A stretch of DNA of 64,000 nucleotides from Parasphingorhabdus sp. (GTDB taxonomy: Bacteria; Pseudomonadota; Alphaproteobacteria; Sphingomonadales; Sphingomonadaceae): positions 11,942 to 75,941 of the forward strand of contig NZ_JBLWWU010000006.1 of NCBI RefSeq assembly GCF_048267785.1, given 5' to 3'. Positions 1-10,519 of the stretch are shown here, piece after piece. Position 1 is the first letter of the stretch, and each line of letters starts with the position of its first letter. The position numbers were made by a program, and so were the translations under genes. The notes beneath the pieces were generated by a model. That model had not been told where the DNA came from and searched no databases. It saw only the letters and a list, made by a program, of their open reading frames with translations.

Positions 1-1202
1 AGCGGGTTGTAGTAAGCCGATGACAGCACGCCCAGTGGCACGGCAGTCAGGGGACCGCTTTGCTCACGAACGCGCGTCGACTTGGACCGATAAAAGGACC
101 CTTCGGCATAAAATTCTACTGCGTCGCTCAATTCATGATTGAAGAGCGCAGACACGTTGTAGCGATCCTTTTCGGAATACAGGCTCCGGTCCGTATTGGA
201 ATCATACCGGAGATCGGCATCCACGCTGGATCCGTTATCCGCACAAAGGCCGTTGCCGAGAGCAACAGACCTTGTATCCCCTGCCGACAAAAAGCTGCAG
301 GGCTGGATGTGGAAATCGTCATCGCGCACCGCCCAGATATTGCTGGAGGTCGCACCCGATCCCTGAATGTCAAACGTCGCCCAGGGCGTGTCCGAGGTTC
401 TGTTGTGAAAATTGGAATCGCCTTCAAAATCCGTGCCTTCTACAAGCCGACGGAGATCGCTGCTTGAGGAATAGTCGCGCATCGACGTCGGTGCGCCGTT
501 CTCATGATAATAATAGCCATAAAGAGTCAGGTTGCTGCGACCCTCATTAAAATCAAAACCATAGCCACCGCGAATGCTCGAATTATACAGGCTCGTACCC
601 ATCGATGCAGCATAGTTGGCGCGCAAAAAACCGCCATCGAGATTGTCCTTCAATATCGTGTTCACCACACCGGCGACGGCGTCGGCACCATAAAGCGCAG
701 AGGCTCCATCCCGTAAAACCTCAATGCGACGGACGGCACCGGGAGCGATCTCATTCGTGTCAGCTGACACCACCGGCACAAATAGTTCGGTCTGAAAACC
801 CGGGTTCAGAACCATCCGGCGCCCGTTAATCAGCAGCAATGTGTTACCCGTGCCCAACCCGCGCAAGTTGATTGATGCAATGTCGCCGCGCGCCGCATTT
901 GGACTGTTCGACTGGCTGCTCTGGTCATTGAATTCGACCGTGCCAGCTTGCGGGATGGCCCGAAACAGATCATCGCCAGAATCTGCGCCGGTGGCTTCGA
1001 TCGCCACTTCGTCAAGCACCGTTACCGGAAGGACATCATCGATTTTCGCACCTTTGATCTGCGAGCCGGTGACCACGATAACATTTTCACTATCTGTTGC
1101 GCCCTGTGCCGCCGCGTCTTGCGCCCATGCCGTGCTATTGGTTCCGGCGATCAACGCCGATGAGCATAACAGATGGCTAATTACTTTGTTTAATTTTGAC
1201 AT
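1..1202 (-). CDS. TonB-dependent receptor, 5' part (runs off the window start)
   Basis: Not in the ORF track because no stop falls in the window. Manual translation from ATG 1202 gives MSKLNKVISHLLCSSALIAGTNSTAWAQD (signal peptide), then VIVVTGSQI, NLRGLGTGNTLLLINGRR and IEVLRDGASALYGADAVAGVVN (plug motifs). GGAGG SD upstream. Confidence 0.9.
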   Translation of the reverse strand, partial: MSKLNKVISHLLCSSALIAGTNSTAWAQDAAAQGATDSENVIVVTGSQIKGAKIDDVLPVTVLDEVAIEATGADSGDDLFRAIPQAGTVEFNDQSSQSNSPNAARGDIASINLRGLGTGNTLLLINGRRMVLNPGFQTELFVPVVSADTNEIAPGAVRRIEVLRDGASALYGADAVAGVVNTILKDNLDGGFLRANYAASMGTSLYNSSIRGGYGFDFNEGRSNLTLYGYYYHENGAPTSMRDYSSSSDLRRLVEGTDFEGDSNFHNRTSDTPWATFDIQGSGATSSNIWAVRDDDFHIQPCSFLSAGDTRSVALGNGLCADNGSSVDADLRYDSNTDRSLYSEKDRYNVSALFNHELSDAVEFYAEGSFYRSKSTRVREQSGPLTAVPLGVLSSAYYNP

Positions 1203-1325
1203 GTTTGCCTCCCTGAAAGACCGTCAGTTTTTCATCTGGATTCGAAGATATTGTGCTTCGATTGTCCAAACCCCATCAGAATGTGACACCTTTAGCGGCG
1301 CAAAAGCAATATTCTGACCCTTACA

Positions 1326-1357
1326 TTATGGATAGAAGTGCATAAACGTAGGCTATG
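1326..1357. promoter_or_regulatory. Candidate LysR binding region upstream of the TBDR
   Basis: TTATG-N10-CATAA overlaps CATA-N9-TATG, which contains the T-N11-A LysR core (T1343/A1355). Lies between the lysR 3' end and the TBDR start. Confidence 0.4.
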
Positions 1358-1375
1358 ACCTCGCTCGGCCAACCG

Positions 1376-2281
1376 CTATGCAATATCGCCTGAGCTGATC
1401 TGCGACTGAATAAAATCGCTCGCCACGTCGACAAACGCTTCAATCAATTTTCCTTGCGGATGACCCTTTTGGACGACCGAAATAATAGAAAATCCCAGCG
1501 GCGGTGAAAATGGATATCGTTCCAGGCCTGCGCACAGCTGGGAACAGGCTGTGAACTGATCGGTCACCGTAACGCCCAACCCTTTGCGCACAAGCGACAA
1601 GGCCACATAATAAGTTTGGGCGGTAACGATTGTCTCGGGACAGACTTCCTGTTCTTCCAACTCGTGGGCCAATATCTCTGCCAGTGGGCCACTGTCTTTC
1701 AAATCGACAAATGGCCGCTCGTGCAGAGCCGAGAGCGGCACCGTTCCCTCGGAATCAATCGGTTGCTCATCATTCGCGACCAGCATCAACTGGCCTTCAG
1801 CAAGCTGCCGGATATCAAGTCTGTCGTCCGTGATCGCGCCATATCCCAAACAGAGATCGCACCGGTTCTCCAAGATAGCGGCCTTGATTTCATGCGAATG
1901 GAGCGTCGAAATTTCAAAGCTGAGCTCAGGTTGGGATCTGCGCATTTCAGCGATGCATTCCGGTACAATATCAAGACTCAGTGACGGCAGGACACCGAGG
2001 CGGATATGGCCGCCTTTGCGGTTTCTTATATTCTGCGCGGACCGGTCAAAAGCTGCGATCCGCTGGTATATGTCCTTGATATCGCCAAATAGTTCATCGG
2101 CAGCAGGGGTTGGATATAACCGGCCTTTTTCGCGCCTGAATAATAGAAACCCCAGTTGATCCTCGGCGTAGCGCAGCACCTTGCTCACTGATGGCTGCGA
2201 GACATGGAGCGTCCGCGCCGCGCCGGTGATCGAGCCTTCCCGATACACATGATAGAATATTTCGATCTGACGCAGCCGCAT
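1376..2281 (-). CDS. LysR-family transcriptional regulator
   Basis: N-terminal HTH GSITGAARTLHVSQPSVSKVL plus substrate-binding domain; 301 aa. Confidence 0.95.
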   Translation of the reverse strand: MRLRQIEIFYHVYREGSITGAARTLHVSQPSVSKVLRYAEDQLGFLLFRREKGRLYPTPAADELFGDIKDIYQRIAAFDRSAQNIRNRKGGHIRLGVLPSLSLDIVPECIAEMRRSQPELSFEISTLHSHEIKAAILENRCDLCLGYGAITDDRLDIRQLAEGQLMLVANDEQPIDSEGTVPLSALHERPFVDLKDSGPLAEILAHELEEQEVCPETIVTAQTYYVALSLVRKGLGVTVTDQFTACSQLCAGLERYPFSPPLGFSIISVVQKGHPQGKLIEAFVDVASDFIQSQISSGDIA

Positions 2282-2404
2282 GGATATCTCATGGCATCCG
2301 GTGCCACGATTGGCAATTTAATGATTGATTTGATCGTTCATGTTGCACCTGCGAACATAAAGGCGTTAGACTGTCTGAAGTCACTTCCGCAATCGGAGTC
2401 GCAG

Positions 2405-2986
2405 TTGCGTATTGCTGTTATCGATGAGAATCCCGTTCGCGCGGCCATAATTGAAGACGGGCTTGCCGATGTGGGTGAGCGCGATGTTTTCGTGATCTCT
2501 CAGCGTTCTGGCATGGCGCGTGCGATAGAGACGATCGATCCGGATGTTATACTGATCGACTTGGGCAATCCCTCCCGTGATATGCTGGAGGAATATTTTG
2601 CTGTCAGCCGCGCTGTATCGCGACCAATCGCCATGTTTGTCGAACAATCTGACGACGATACAATTGCAGCCGCGATAGATGCCGGAGTGTCAGCCTATAT
2701 CGTCGATGGCCTTTCCCAGCGCCGAATGAAGCCGATCCTTGATTTGGCAGTGAGGCGATTTCAGGCGTTTTCACGGTTGCAAACAGAATTGAAAGAGGCA
2801 CGTGATGCGCTTTCCGAGCGAACAATCGTCGACAATGCCAAGAAAATACTGATCCAGAAGCGGAATATCAGCGAGCCGGAAGCACACAAGCTGCTCCGTG
2901 ACCATGCCATGAACAGCAACAAGCGAATGGCGGAGGTGGCCGAAGCCATCGTCATGGCCGAAAAATTATTAGGGGGCGGCCTGTGA
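2405..2986 (+). CDS. nasT: ANTAR-domain antiterminator NasT
   Basis: REC-like N-terminus (LRIAVIDEN) and ANTAR C-terminus (AKKILI...ISEPEAHKLLRDHAM). Start placed at TTG 2405, 6 nt after GGAG and in frame with ORF 2204..2986. Confidence 0.9.
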   Translation: MRIAVIDENPVRAAIIEDGLADVGERDVFVISQRSGMARAIETIDPDVILIDLGNPSRDMLEEYFAVSRAVSRPIAMFVEQSDDDTIAAAIDAGVSAYIVDGLSQRRMKPILDLAVRRFQAFSRLQTELKEARDALSERTIVDNAKKILIQKRNISEPEAHKLLRDHAMNSNKRMAEVAEAIVMAEKLLGGGL

Positions 2987-4200
2987 GCATTGATCAAATG
3001 AATGTCGGTTTTCTGCCACTGGTGGATGCGGCCTTGCCGATTTTGGCCCAGGAGCACGGCTTTGCCGAAGAGCAGGGACTGCATTTAAACTTCATTCGGG
3101 ATGTAAGCTGGGCATCTGTGCTGGACAGGCTGCTCTATGGGCATACCGATGCAGCCCATTTGCTCGCACCGCTTGCGATCGCAACCACGCTGGGGAGGGG
3201 CCGTCCAGCCAAGGCACTGTCCGTGCCTTTCATCCTGGGGTTGAACGGCAACGCGATTACGATGTCCCACGCGTTGGCAGACAAGGTAGCACCGGGTGGC
3301 AAGCTCGGCGATCCCGTCTCCGTCGGAGAAAGGCTGAAAAGGGAAGTTGCGGAACGCGCTGTGGCAGGAAATCGTATTCGATTTGGTGTTGTGCATCGCT
3401 ATTCCGGTCACAATTACAAGCTACGCTATTGGTTGGCACAATGCGGCATTGTGCCTGATGCCGACGTTGATATCGTGACCATCGCGCCCCCGTTCGCCGC
3501 TGATGCTCTGGCGAATGCCGAAGTGGACGGAATATGTGTGGGCGAACCTTGGAATAGCGTCGCCGTCGAGCGTGGCGTCGGCCGGATCGTTCTTGTCACG
3601 GCGCAAATCTGGCGTCGCGGCGTCGAAAAGGTGCTGGCCATTCCCGCCGATAAGCTTGATGATGATCGGGACAAGTTTGAGCGTCTGGTTCGGGCACTGC
3701 ATTTCGCCGCCAAGCATTTTGTCGATCCAGAAAATTGGGATGCCAATGCCGAAATACTTGCCCGCAAGGATTATCTGGATGGCTCGGCGAAGCTGATAAA
3801 CCGGGCGATCTCGGACCGGATCATGCTGACCGCAGGCGCGCGCACAATTGATGTACCGGATTTCATGTTTCAATATCGGGAGGCGGCAAACTTCCCCTGG
3901 AAAAGTCAGGCGGCATGGCTCTATTCGCAAATGCTGCGCTGGGATCATCTGACCTATAATGCAGAGGATCAGTTGCGCGCCGAGGAAGTTTTTCGACCCA
4001 ATGTCTATCGTACGGCGTTGAAGGGACTGGACACCCCGATACCGGGTGCCAATGCCAAACTGGAAGGCAGCGTGACCGGCAGCTTGCCGGTCGGTTCGAC
4101 TCAGGGGCGATTGACACTGGGTGCCAATCCGTTTTTCGATGGCCGTATCTTTGATCCTATGGAAGTCGAAAACTATCTGGATTCATTGCCAAAAATCTAA
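2983..4200 (+). CDS. nasS: Nitrate sensor NasS (CmpA/NrtA family, no signal peptide)
   Basis: GFLPLVDAA and DGICVGEPWN motifs, no signal peptide, coupled to nasT by GTGA overlap. Confidence 0.88.
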   Translation: MSIDQMNVGFLPLVDAALPILAQEHGFAEEQGLHLNFIRDVSWASVLDRLLYGHTDAAHLLAPLAIATTLGRGRPAKALSVPFILGLNGNAITMSHALADKVAPGGKLGDPVSVGERLKREVAERAVAGNRIRFGVVHRYSGHNYKLRYWLAQCGIVPDADVDIVTIAPPFAADALANAEVDGICVGEPWNSVAVERGVGRIVLVTAQIWRRGVEKVLAIPADKLDDDRDKFERLVRALHFAAKHFVDPENWDANAEILARKDYLDGSAKLINRAISDRIMLTAGARTIDVPDFMFQYREAANFPWKSQAAWLYSQMLRWDHLTYNAEDQLRAEEVFRPNVYRTALKGLDTPIPGANAKLEGSVTGSLPVGSTQGRLTLGANPFFDGRIFDPMEVENYLDSLPKI

Positions 4201-4213
4201 AGTTTGCTGCAGC

Positions 4214-4230
4214 GCAATATTTTAACTTGC
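4214..4230. promoter_or_regulatory. Candidate NtrC-type enhancer site
   Basis: GCA-ATATTTTAACT-TGC (GCA-N11-TGC with AT-rich core) upstream of nrtA. Confidence 0.4.
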
Positions 4231-4276
4231 CTTTTTAGATCTGCTGATGTTATTTGATTCGGGTCGGGAAAATCCT

Positions 4277-4291
4277 CGGCACCATATTTAC
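4277..4291 (+). promoter_or_regulatory. Imperfect sigma54 -24/-12 promoter candidate
   Basis: CGGCAC-CATAT-TTAC versus consensus TGGCAC-N5-TTGC; the -12 GC is replaced by AC. Confidence 0.3.
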
Positions 4292-4294
4292 CGG

Positions 4295-4355
4295 TTTGTC
4301 CAATGGCGGGCAAACGCATGGTAGAACGAACTACATTCGAATAGGCAATGTCGCC
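4295..4355 (+). ncRNA. ANTAR-target leader RNA (tandem hexaloop hairpins)
   Basis: TTTGTCC-AATGGC-GGGCAAA (4295-4314), GTAG-AACGAA-CTAC (4321-4334) and GGC-AATGTC-GCC (4344-4355). Every loop is 6 nt with A1 and G4. Confidence 0.8.
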
Positions 4356-4398
4356 GCCCAAGCCAGTCTGAAGGACTGCTGCTTGAGGCGGTTTTTTT
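4354..4398 (+). terminator. Intrinsic terminator of the nrtA leader (attenuator)
   Basis: CCGCC-CAAG-C-CAGTC / GACTG..G-CTTG-A-GGCGG stem followed by T7. Its 5' arm overlaps the last ANTAR hairpin. Confidence 0.85.
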
Positions 4399-4453
4399 GT
4401 GTGTTTTTTCGTTCCATCCTTGCGTTGCCCGGCAATGAAAAAGGGATTGAGCA

Positions 4454-5866
4454 ATGAAATCGAACCGCCGCAATTTTCTTCTCATGGCTGCCTGTGCAGT
4501 GGCTTTGTCTGCATGCGGAAGCGGTGGCGACAACTCGTCAAATAGCGGCGGGTCAGCCAAGCCTTCGACCATCGACGGTGCGATTGAAAAGCCGTCCCTG
4601 AAACTCGGTTTCATCAAGCTCACCGATATGGCACCGCTGGCTATCGCCAAGGAAAAGGGGTTTTTCGCGGAAGAAGGGTTGAACGTCACTCTGGAACCGC
4701 AGGCGAACTGGAAAGTGTTGCTGGACGGTGTGATTGGCGGGCAGCTTGACGGTGCGCATATGCTGGCTGGCCAGCCACTCGCGGCAACGATCGGCTATGG
4801 CACGAAGGCTGACCTTATTGCTCCGCTCTCACTTGATCTCAATGGCAATGCGATCACCCTTTCCAACAGGGTCTGGGCCCAGATCGAGCCGGGCTTGAAG
4901 AAAAATGCCGATGGAAAGCCTCAGCATCCGATCAGTGCCTCCGTCCTGAAGCCGGTCATCGCAAGCTACAAGGAGCAGGGAAAGCAATTTAAAATGGGAA
5001 TGGTTTTCCCGGTTTCCACGCATAATTATGAATTGCGCTACTGGCTGGCGGCGGGCGGTATCGAACCGGGCTATTACACGCCCGGCGATGTCGGCGGTAC
5101 CGTTGGCGCGCAGGCGGCCTTGTCCGTCACGCCTCCGCCGCAGATGCCCGCCACGATGGAGGCCGGCACGATCGACGGCTATTGTGTGGGCGAGCCATGG
5201 AACCAGGCAGCGGTACAAAAGAAAATCGGCGTGCCGGTCATTACCGATGACGAAATCTGGAAAAAGAACCCGGAAAAAGTCCTCGGTCTACGCAAGGATT
5301 TTGCCGAGAAATATCCTGCCACCACAGCCGCCATGCTCCGCGCGATCATCAAGGCCCAGCAATGGCTGGACGTCGATGGCGGCAAGAACCGTGCGGAAGC
5401 CGTTAAAATTCTGGCACGATCCAATTATGTCGGCGCGGACGAAGCCGTAATCGGTGCCTCGATGACCGGGCAGTTCACTTTCCAGTCCGGAGACACGCGG
5501 CCGGCTCCCGATTTCAACATCTTCTTCAACGACTATGCCGGCTACCCCTTTTACTCGGACGCAATCTGGTATCTCACCCAGATGCGGCGCTGGGGACAGA
5601 TTGCCGATGACCAGACCGACCAATGGTATTTCGATACAGCGAAAGCGGTCTATCGGCCTGACCTCTATCTTGCCGCCGCGAAAAAGCTGGCGGACGAGGG
5701 AACCATTCCTGCGGAAAGCATCCCGGAAACCGACGGTTTCAAGAGCGAGCAATCCGGCTTTATCGATGGCCTCACCTACGACGGAAAAGCGCCCAATGCC
5801 TATCTCGCGAAATTCCCGATCGGTTTGAAAAAAGGGCAAAAAGTGACCGCTTCCGGCGTCAACTAA
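4454..5866 (+). CDS. nrtA: Nitrate ABC transporter substrate-binding protein
   Basis: [11 protein letters not shown] and [10 protein letters not shown] motifs; signal peptide with NRRNFL and LSAC lipobox. Confidence 0.93.
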   Translation: MKSNRRNFLLMAACAVALSACGSGGDNSSNSGGSAKPSTIDGAIEKPSLKLGFIKLTDMAPLAIAKEKGFFAEEGLNVTLEPQANWKVLLDGVIGGQLDGAHMLAGQPLAATIGYGTKADLIAPLSLDLNGNAITLSNRVWAQIEPGLKKNADGKPQHPISASVLKPVIASYKEQGKQFKMGMVFPVSTHNYELRYWLAAGGIEPGYYTPGDVGGTVGAQAALSVTPPPQMPATMEAGTIDGYCVGEPWNQAAVQKKIGVPVITDDEIWKKNPEKVLGLRKDFAEKYPATTAAMLRAIIKAQQWLDVDGGKNRAEAVKILARSNYVGADEAVIGASMTGQFTFQSGDTRPAPDFNIFFNDYAGYPFYSDAIWYLTQMRRWGQIADDQTDQWYFDTAKAVYRPDLYLAAAKKLADEGTIPAESIPETDGFKSEQSGFIDGLTYDGKAPNAYLAKFPIGLKKGQKVTASGVN

Positions 5867-5894
5867 GCTTCTGATGAATAAAGGAAACAAAGAC

Positions 5895-6962
5895 ATGGCG
5901 ACCGTCATTGTAGATAAGGTTCACAGCGATAATGGCGGGGCTTCTCCGGCAAAAGGGAAGGCTGGCGTTTCAGATGTTTCGGTCGATCCGGTAACATCCA
6001 CCAAGCCGAGCCCCAAGGCTGGAAAAAGCTGGCCGATTGAACCGAAGAAAATCCTCGCATGGCTGAAAGGTCTTGCGGCTCCGACTATAGGGATATTGGC
6101 TTTTCTTGCCTTATGGGCTGCACTGGCACCACAGGTGGATACATCGCTTGGTAGTCTTCCGGGGCCGGTCGAAGTTTCCGCTCAAGGGGTTTCGCTTTTC
6201 GAGGAATGGTCCGCCGCGCAAGACCAGAAAGCGGAATTTTATGCGGCGCAGGACACCAACAATGCAGCGGCACTTGCCAATGGCGGCGAAACACGGAATT
6301 TTGAATATAGTGGTCCGCCCACTTTTCTGGACCAGATCTGGACGTCCCTGGCGACGGTTGCCCTTGGCTTCGCTCTGGCCACAATAATCGCCGTGCCGCT
6401 CGGCCTGATCTGCGGTCTGTCCAGAACATTCAATGCCGCGATCAATCCGATCGTGCAGATTATGAAACCGGTCAGCCCGCTGGCATGGCTTCCGATTGTC
6501 ACCATGGTCATTTCGGCGACGATGACCGATCCCGATCCGAGCCTGCCAAAAAGCTTCGTGATCTCCGCAATCGTCGTGATGCTTTGCTCGCTCTGGTCTA
6601 CGCTGATCAATACCGCGATTGGAGCCGCCTCGATCGACAAGGATTTGATGAACGTCGGTAAGGTGCTTCGCCTCGGTTGGTTCGCCAAGCTGACCCGCCT
6701 CGTCCTGCCATCGGCTCTTCCCTATATTTTTACCGGCATGCGGCTGTCATTGGGTGTTGGCTGGATGGTTCTGATCGCGGCGGAAATGCTCGCGCAAAAC
6801 CCCGGACTTGGCAAATTCGTCTGGGATGAGTTTCAGAACGGATCGAGCCAGTCGCTCGCCCGGATAATGTTCGCGGTCATCGTGATCGGCCTGATCGGCT
6901 TCTTGCTCGACCGGATCATGATGCTTCTGCAAAATTTCGCCAGTCGCAATCGTACGGTTTGA
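5895..6962 (+). CDS. nrtB: Nitrate ABC transporter permease
   Basis: PVSPLAWLP and FTGMRLSLGVGWMVLIAAEML motifs; multiple TM segments. Confidence 0.92.
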   Translation: MATVIVDKVHSDNGGASPAKGKAGVSDVSVDPVTSTKPSPKAGKSWPIEPKKILAWLKGLAAPTIGILAFLALWAALAPQVDTSLGSLPGPVEVSAQGVSLFEEWSAAQDQKAEFYAAQDTNNAAALANGGETRNFEYSGPPTFLDQIWTSLATVALGFALATIIAVPLGLICGLSRTFNAAINPIVQIMKPVSPLAWLPIVTMVISATMTDPDPSLPKSFVISAIVVMLCSLWSTLINTAIGAASIDKDLMNVGKVLRLGWFAKLTRLVLPSALPYIFTGMRLSLGVGWMVLIAAEMLAQNPGLGKFVWDEFQNGSSQSLARIMFAVIVIGLIGFLLDRIMMLLQNFASRNRTV

Positions 6963-6972
6963 GGAGGATAGT

Positions 6973-8142
6973 ATGAGCAATAGCCTTCCCATCCTGTCCC
7001 TGAACAACGTCAGCAAATCTTTTGTCGACGGATCAGGAAACCGGACAGACGTACTCGACAATATCAGCCTCGATGTCGCCGAGGGAGAATTCATAGCCAT
7101 TCTCGGTTTTTCCGGTGCCGGCAAGACCACGTTGATAAATTGCATCGCCGGATTGGCGGAAGCCGATAGCGGTGATGTGCTGGTCAAAGGCGAACCTTGC
7201 AAAGGCCCGGGCAAGGACCGAGGCCTCGTTTTCCAAAGCTATTCGCTTTTCCCCTGGCTGAGCGTTGAAGCCAATGTCGCACTGGCGGTGGATGCGGTTC
7301 ATCAGGACAAGTGCAGGGAAGAGCGCGCGGAGCTGGTAAAACAGAAGATCGAACTGGTTGGCCTCGACCACGCGATGGACCGCAAGCCGGCCCAGCTGTC
7401 GGGAGGCATGCGGCAGCGTGTCGCGGTTGCGCGTGCCCTTGCAATGGAGCCTGAAATCCTGCTGATGGACGAGCCTTTGTCCGCGCTCGATGCACTGACC
7501 CGGGCAAAATTGCAGGACGAGATCGAGCGCATCCGCAAACACGAAAAGCGGACGATTGTTCTGGTGACCAACGATGTGGACGAAGCGCTGCTGCTTGCCG
7601 ACCGTGTGGCGATACTGACCCCGGCGCCATCTGCTACGATTGGCAAGATTTTCGATGTGAATATCGAGCGGCCCCGTGAACGCGAGGCAATGAATGAAAG
7701 TGCCGCATATAAAACGTTGCGGAACGAGATTGTTGGCTATCTGGACATATTGAGCAGCGATCAGAAAGCCGTTGCATCGGAATCGACCAGCCTACCAGAT
7801 ATCACGCCCCTCGACCTTTCAGGGGTACAGGACGGGAAGGATGCGGGTCTGCCGCAAGCCTATATTGATGCGGCACAGAGCCCGTTAACATCCCGCTATC
7901 TCGAGTTTTTCAAACTCAAGAAAATCTACCCAACGCCCAAAGGTCCGCTGACGGTGGTCGAGGATGTGAATATCCTGATGGACAAGGGCGAGTTTATTTC
8001 GCTGATCGGCCACTCCGGTTGCGGCAAGTCGACCGTGCTCACAATGGCTGCGGGACTGAACGAGATCAGCGATGGCGGGATCATTTTGGACGGACGGGAA
8101 ATTGATGTTGCCGGCCCCGACAATCCTCGCCCGCGACGCTGA
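6973..8142 (+). pseudogene. nrtC: Two-domain nitrate ABC ATPase (NrtC/D type), truncated early in the second ATPase domain
   Basis: Domain 1 is complete (GFSGAGKT, LSGGMRQR, LLMDE). Domain 2 begins (GHSGCGKST) but breaks after GPD into six unrelated residues and a stop. Confidence 0.75.
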
Positions 8143-10519
8143 CCGATACGCCATCACCATCTTCGGCGCCGAACCCCGGGTCAATTATGACCGGATCATG
8201 CTGTCTCCCGTTCTGGCGGGCGACAAGAGCTTCGAAGAAATCATCATCAATGATCAAAGCTGGTATGAGGATAACGGAATAGAATTGGTTAGCGGCGATG
8301 CTGTCATCGCGATCAAACGCGAAGCCAGAGAGGTGGTCAGTGCCTCGGGCCGGGTGACGCCTTATGATCGGCTGCTGATCGCCACAGGATCCGATCCGTT
8401 CATCATTCCGGTGCCAGGCCATAAATTGCCGGGCGTCATCACCTTTCGCGATCTCGATGACGTCGACAAGATGTTGACCGCAGCAGAATCCGGCGGGAAT
8501 GTCGTTGTCATTGGCGGCGGACTTCTGGGGCTGGAAGCGGCGCACGGTCTCTCCCTGCGCGGGATGAAGGTGACCGTCTTGCACCTTATGCCGACCCTGA
8601 TGGAGCGGCAGCTGGATGAAGCGGCAGGCTTTCTGTTGCGAAGCGAACTCGAACGGCGCGGACAAACGATCATTACCCAGGCCGATACTGCGGAAATATT
8701 GGGAGACAGCCATGTCACGGGCGTAAAGCTCAAGGACGGGACCGAAATTGAGGCCGACCTTGTTGTCATGGCGGTCGGGATAAAGCCGTCGACAGGTCTG
8801 GCCAAACTGGCGGAACTGGAGGTCGAGCGCGGCATAATCGTGGACGACAATATGGTAACCAGCGATCCGGTAATAGTCGCGGTCGGGGAATGCGTGCAGC
8901 ATCGCGGCGCCTGCTACGGGTTGGTCGCGCCCCTGTGGGAAATGTGCCGTGCCCTGGCCGATTTTATGACCGATGATCCTTCCGGATATGCCGGTTCGGT
9001 TACCGCAACCAAGCTGAAGGTGTCCGGCATCAACCTGTTCTCCGCCGGTGATTTCTCGGGCGGTGACGATACCGAAGACATCGTCATGCGCGACGCTTCC
9101 CGCGGCGTTTACAAACGCGTGGTGGTGCAGGGAAACCAGCTGATCGGAGCTGTGCTGTACGGAGATACGGCAGACGGCAGCTGGTATTTCGATCTTCTGA
9201 AGCGCCAGGAAGACATATCCGATATCCGCGAAGCGCTTATTTTCGGCCAGGCTTTTGCTTCGGGAGGGGCCACGCTGGACCCTGACAGCGCCGTTGCAGC
9301 ATTGTCCCTCGACGCAGAAATCTGCGGCTGCAACGGCGTAACCAAGGGACAGGTGGTCGCGTGCATCGATGGTGGAGCCAATGACCTCGATAGCGTTCGC
9401 GCCGGTTGCAAGGCATCCGCCAGTTGCGGTTCCTGCACCGGCCTGGTTGAAAGTCTGCTCAGCCTTTCGCTCGGTGAGGAATATGGCGGCGCGCGAACGG
9501 TTACGCCAATGTGCAAATGCACCAGTTTCACCCACGAAGATGTCCGGCGCAATATTCTAGAAAAAGAGCTGAAATCGATTCCGCAGGTGATGCAGGAGTT
9601 GCACTGGACCACGGCGGACGGCTGCGCCTCCTGCCGTCCGGCGCTCAACTATTATCTGCTGTGCGCCTGGCCCACGGAGCATGAGGAAGACCCGCAAAGC
9701 CGGTTCGTCAATGAACGGATGCATGCCAATATCCAGAAAGACGGTACTTATTCGGTGGTCCCCAGAATGTGGGGCGGGATAACGACGCCGAATGAGCTGC
9801 GCGCGATTGCCGATGCCGCCGATAAATATGAAGCGCGGCTGGTCAAGGTCACGGGCGGCCAAAGGCTGGATATTTTCGGTATCAAGAAAGAGGACCTGCC
9901 CGCTATCTGGGCAGACCTGAACGCCGCCGGGATGGTGTCCGGCCATGCTTATGGCAAGGCGCTGCGCACGGTCAAAACCTGCGTCGGCAGTGAATGGTGC
10001 CGCTTCGGTACGCAGGACTCGACCGGTCTTGGGATTAAGGCCGAACAGATGACCTGGGGCAGCTGGATGCCGCATAAATTCAAGATCGCCGTGTCAGGCT
10101 GTCCGCGCAATTGTGCAGAGGCATCGATCAAGGATCTCGGAATCATCTGTGTCGACAGCGGTTATGAGCTGAGCGTTGGCGGCAATGGCGGGATCCATCT
10201 GCGTGGCACCGACTTCCTGTGCAAGGTTGAGACCGAAGAGCAGGCGCTCGAATATATGGCCGCCTTCATCCAGCTCTACCGGGAGGAAGCGCGCTATCTC
10301 GATCGCACGGCACCGTGGGTAGAAAGGGTTGGCATGGACTATATCAAGGGCCGCATTGTCGAAGACGAGGCGGGTCGCAAGGAATTGCAGGAACGTTTTC
10401 TGTTTGCCCAGTCGGTGCATCAGAAAGACCCATGGGCGGAACGTGTCGCCGGGGCTGAAGGTCACCTGCACAAGCATATCGCCGAAATTCGGCCCTTTGC
10501 CGTTCTGGAGCCAGCATGA
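8122..10519 (+). pseudogene. nirB: NADH-nitrite reductase large subunit lacking its N-terminus
   Basis: NirB-like sequence starts abruptly at ILARDADRYAITIFGAEPRVNY. The first GxGxxG FAD motif, start codon and RBS are absent. The rest is intact (GGGLLGLE, CGCNGV, CVGSEWC, GCPRNC). Confidence 0.8.

Noticed and set aside
2292-2306. TGGCA-TCCGG-TGCCA as a sigma54 promoter for nasT or lysR
   Set aside because: No GC at the -12 position on either strand; only a short palindrome.
8072-8121. ATG 8072 as the true nirB start (815-aa ORF)
   Set aside because: The first 17 residues are an alternative frame of nrtC, there is no clear SD, and the NirB FAD-binding N-terminus is absent.
8081-9535. 484-aa minus-strand ORF
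   Set aside because: Antisense shadow of nirB with no recognisable motifs.
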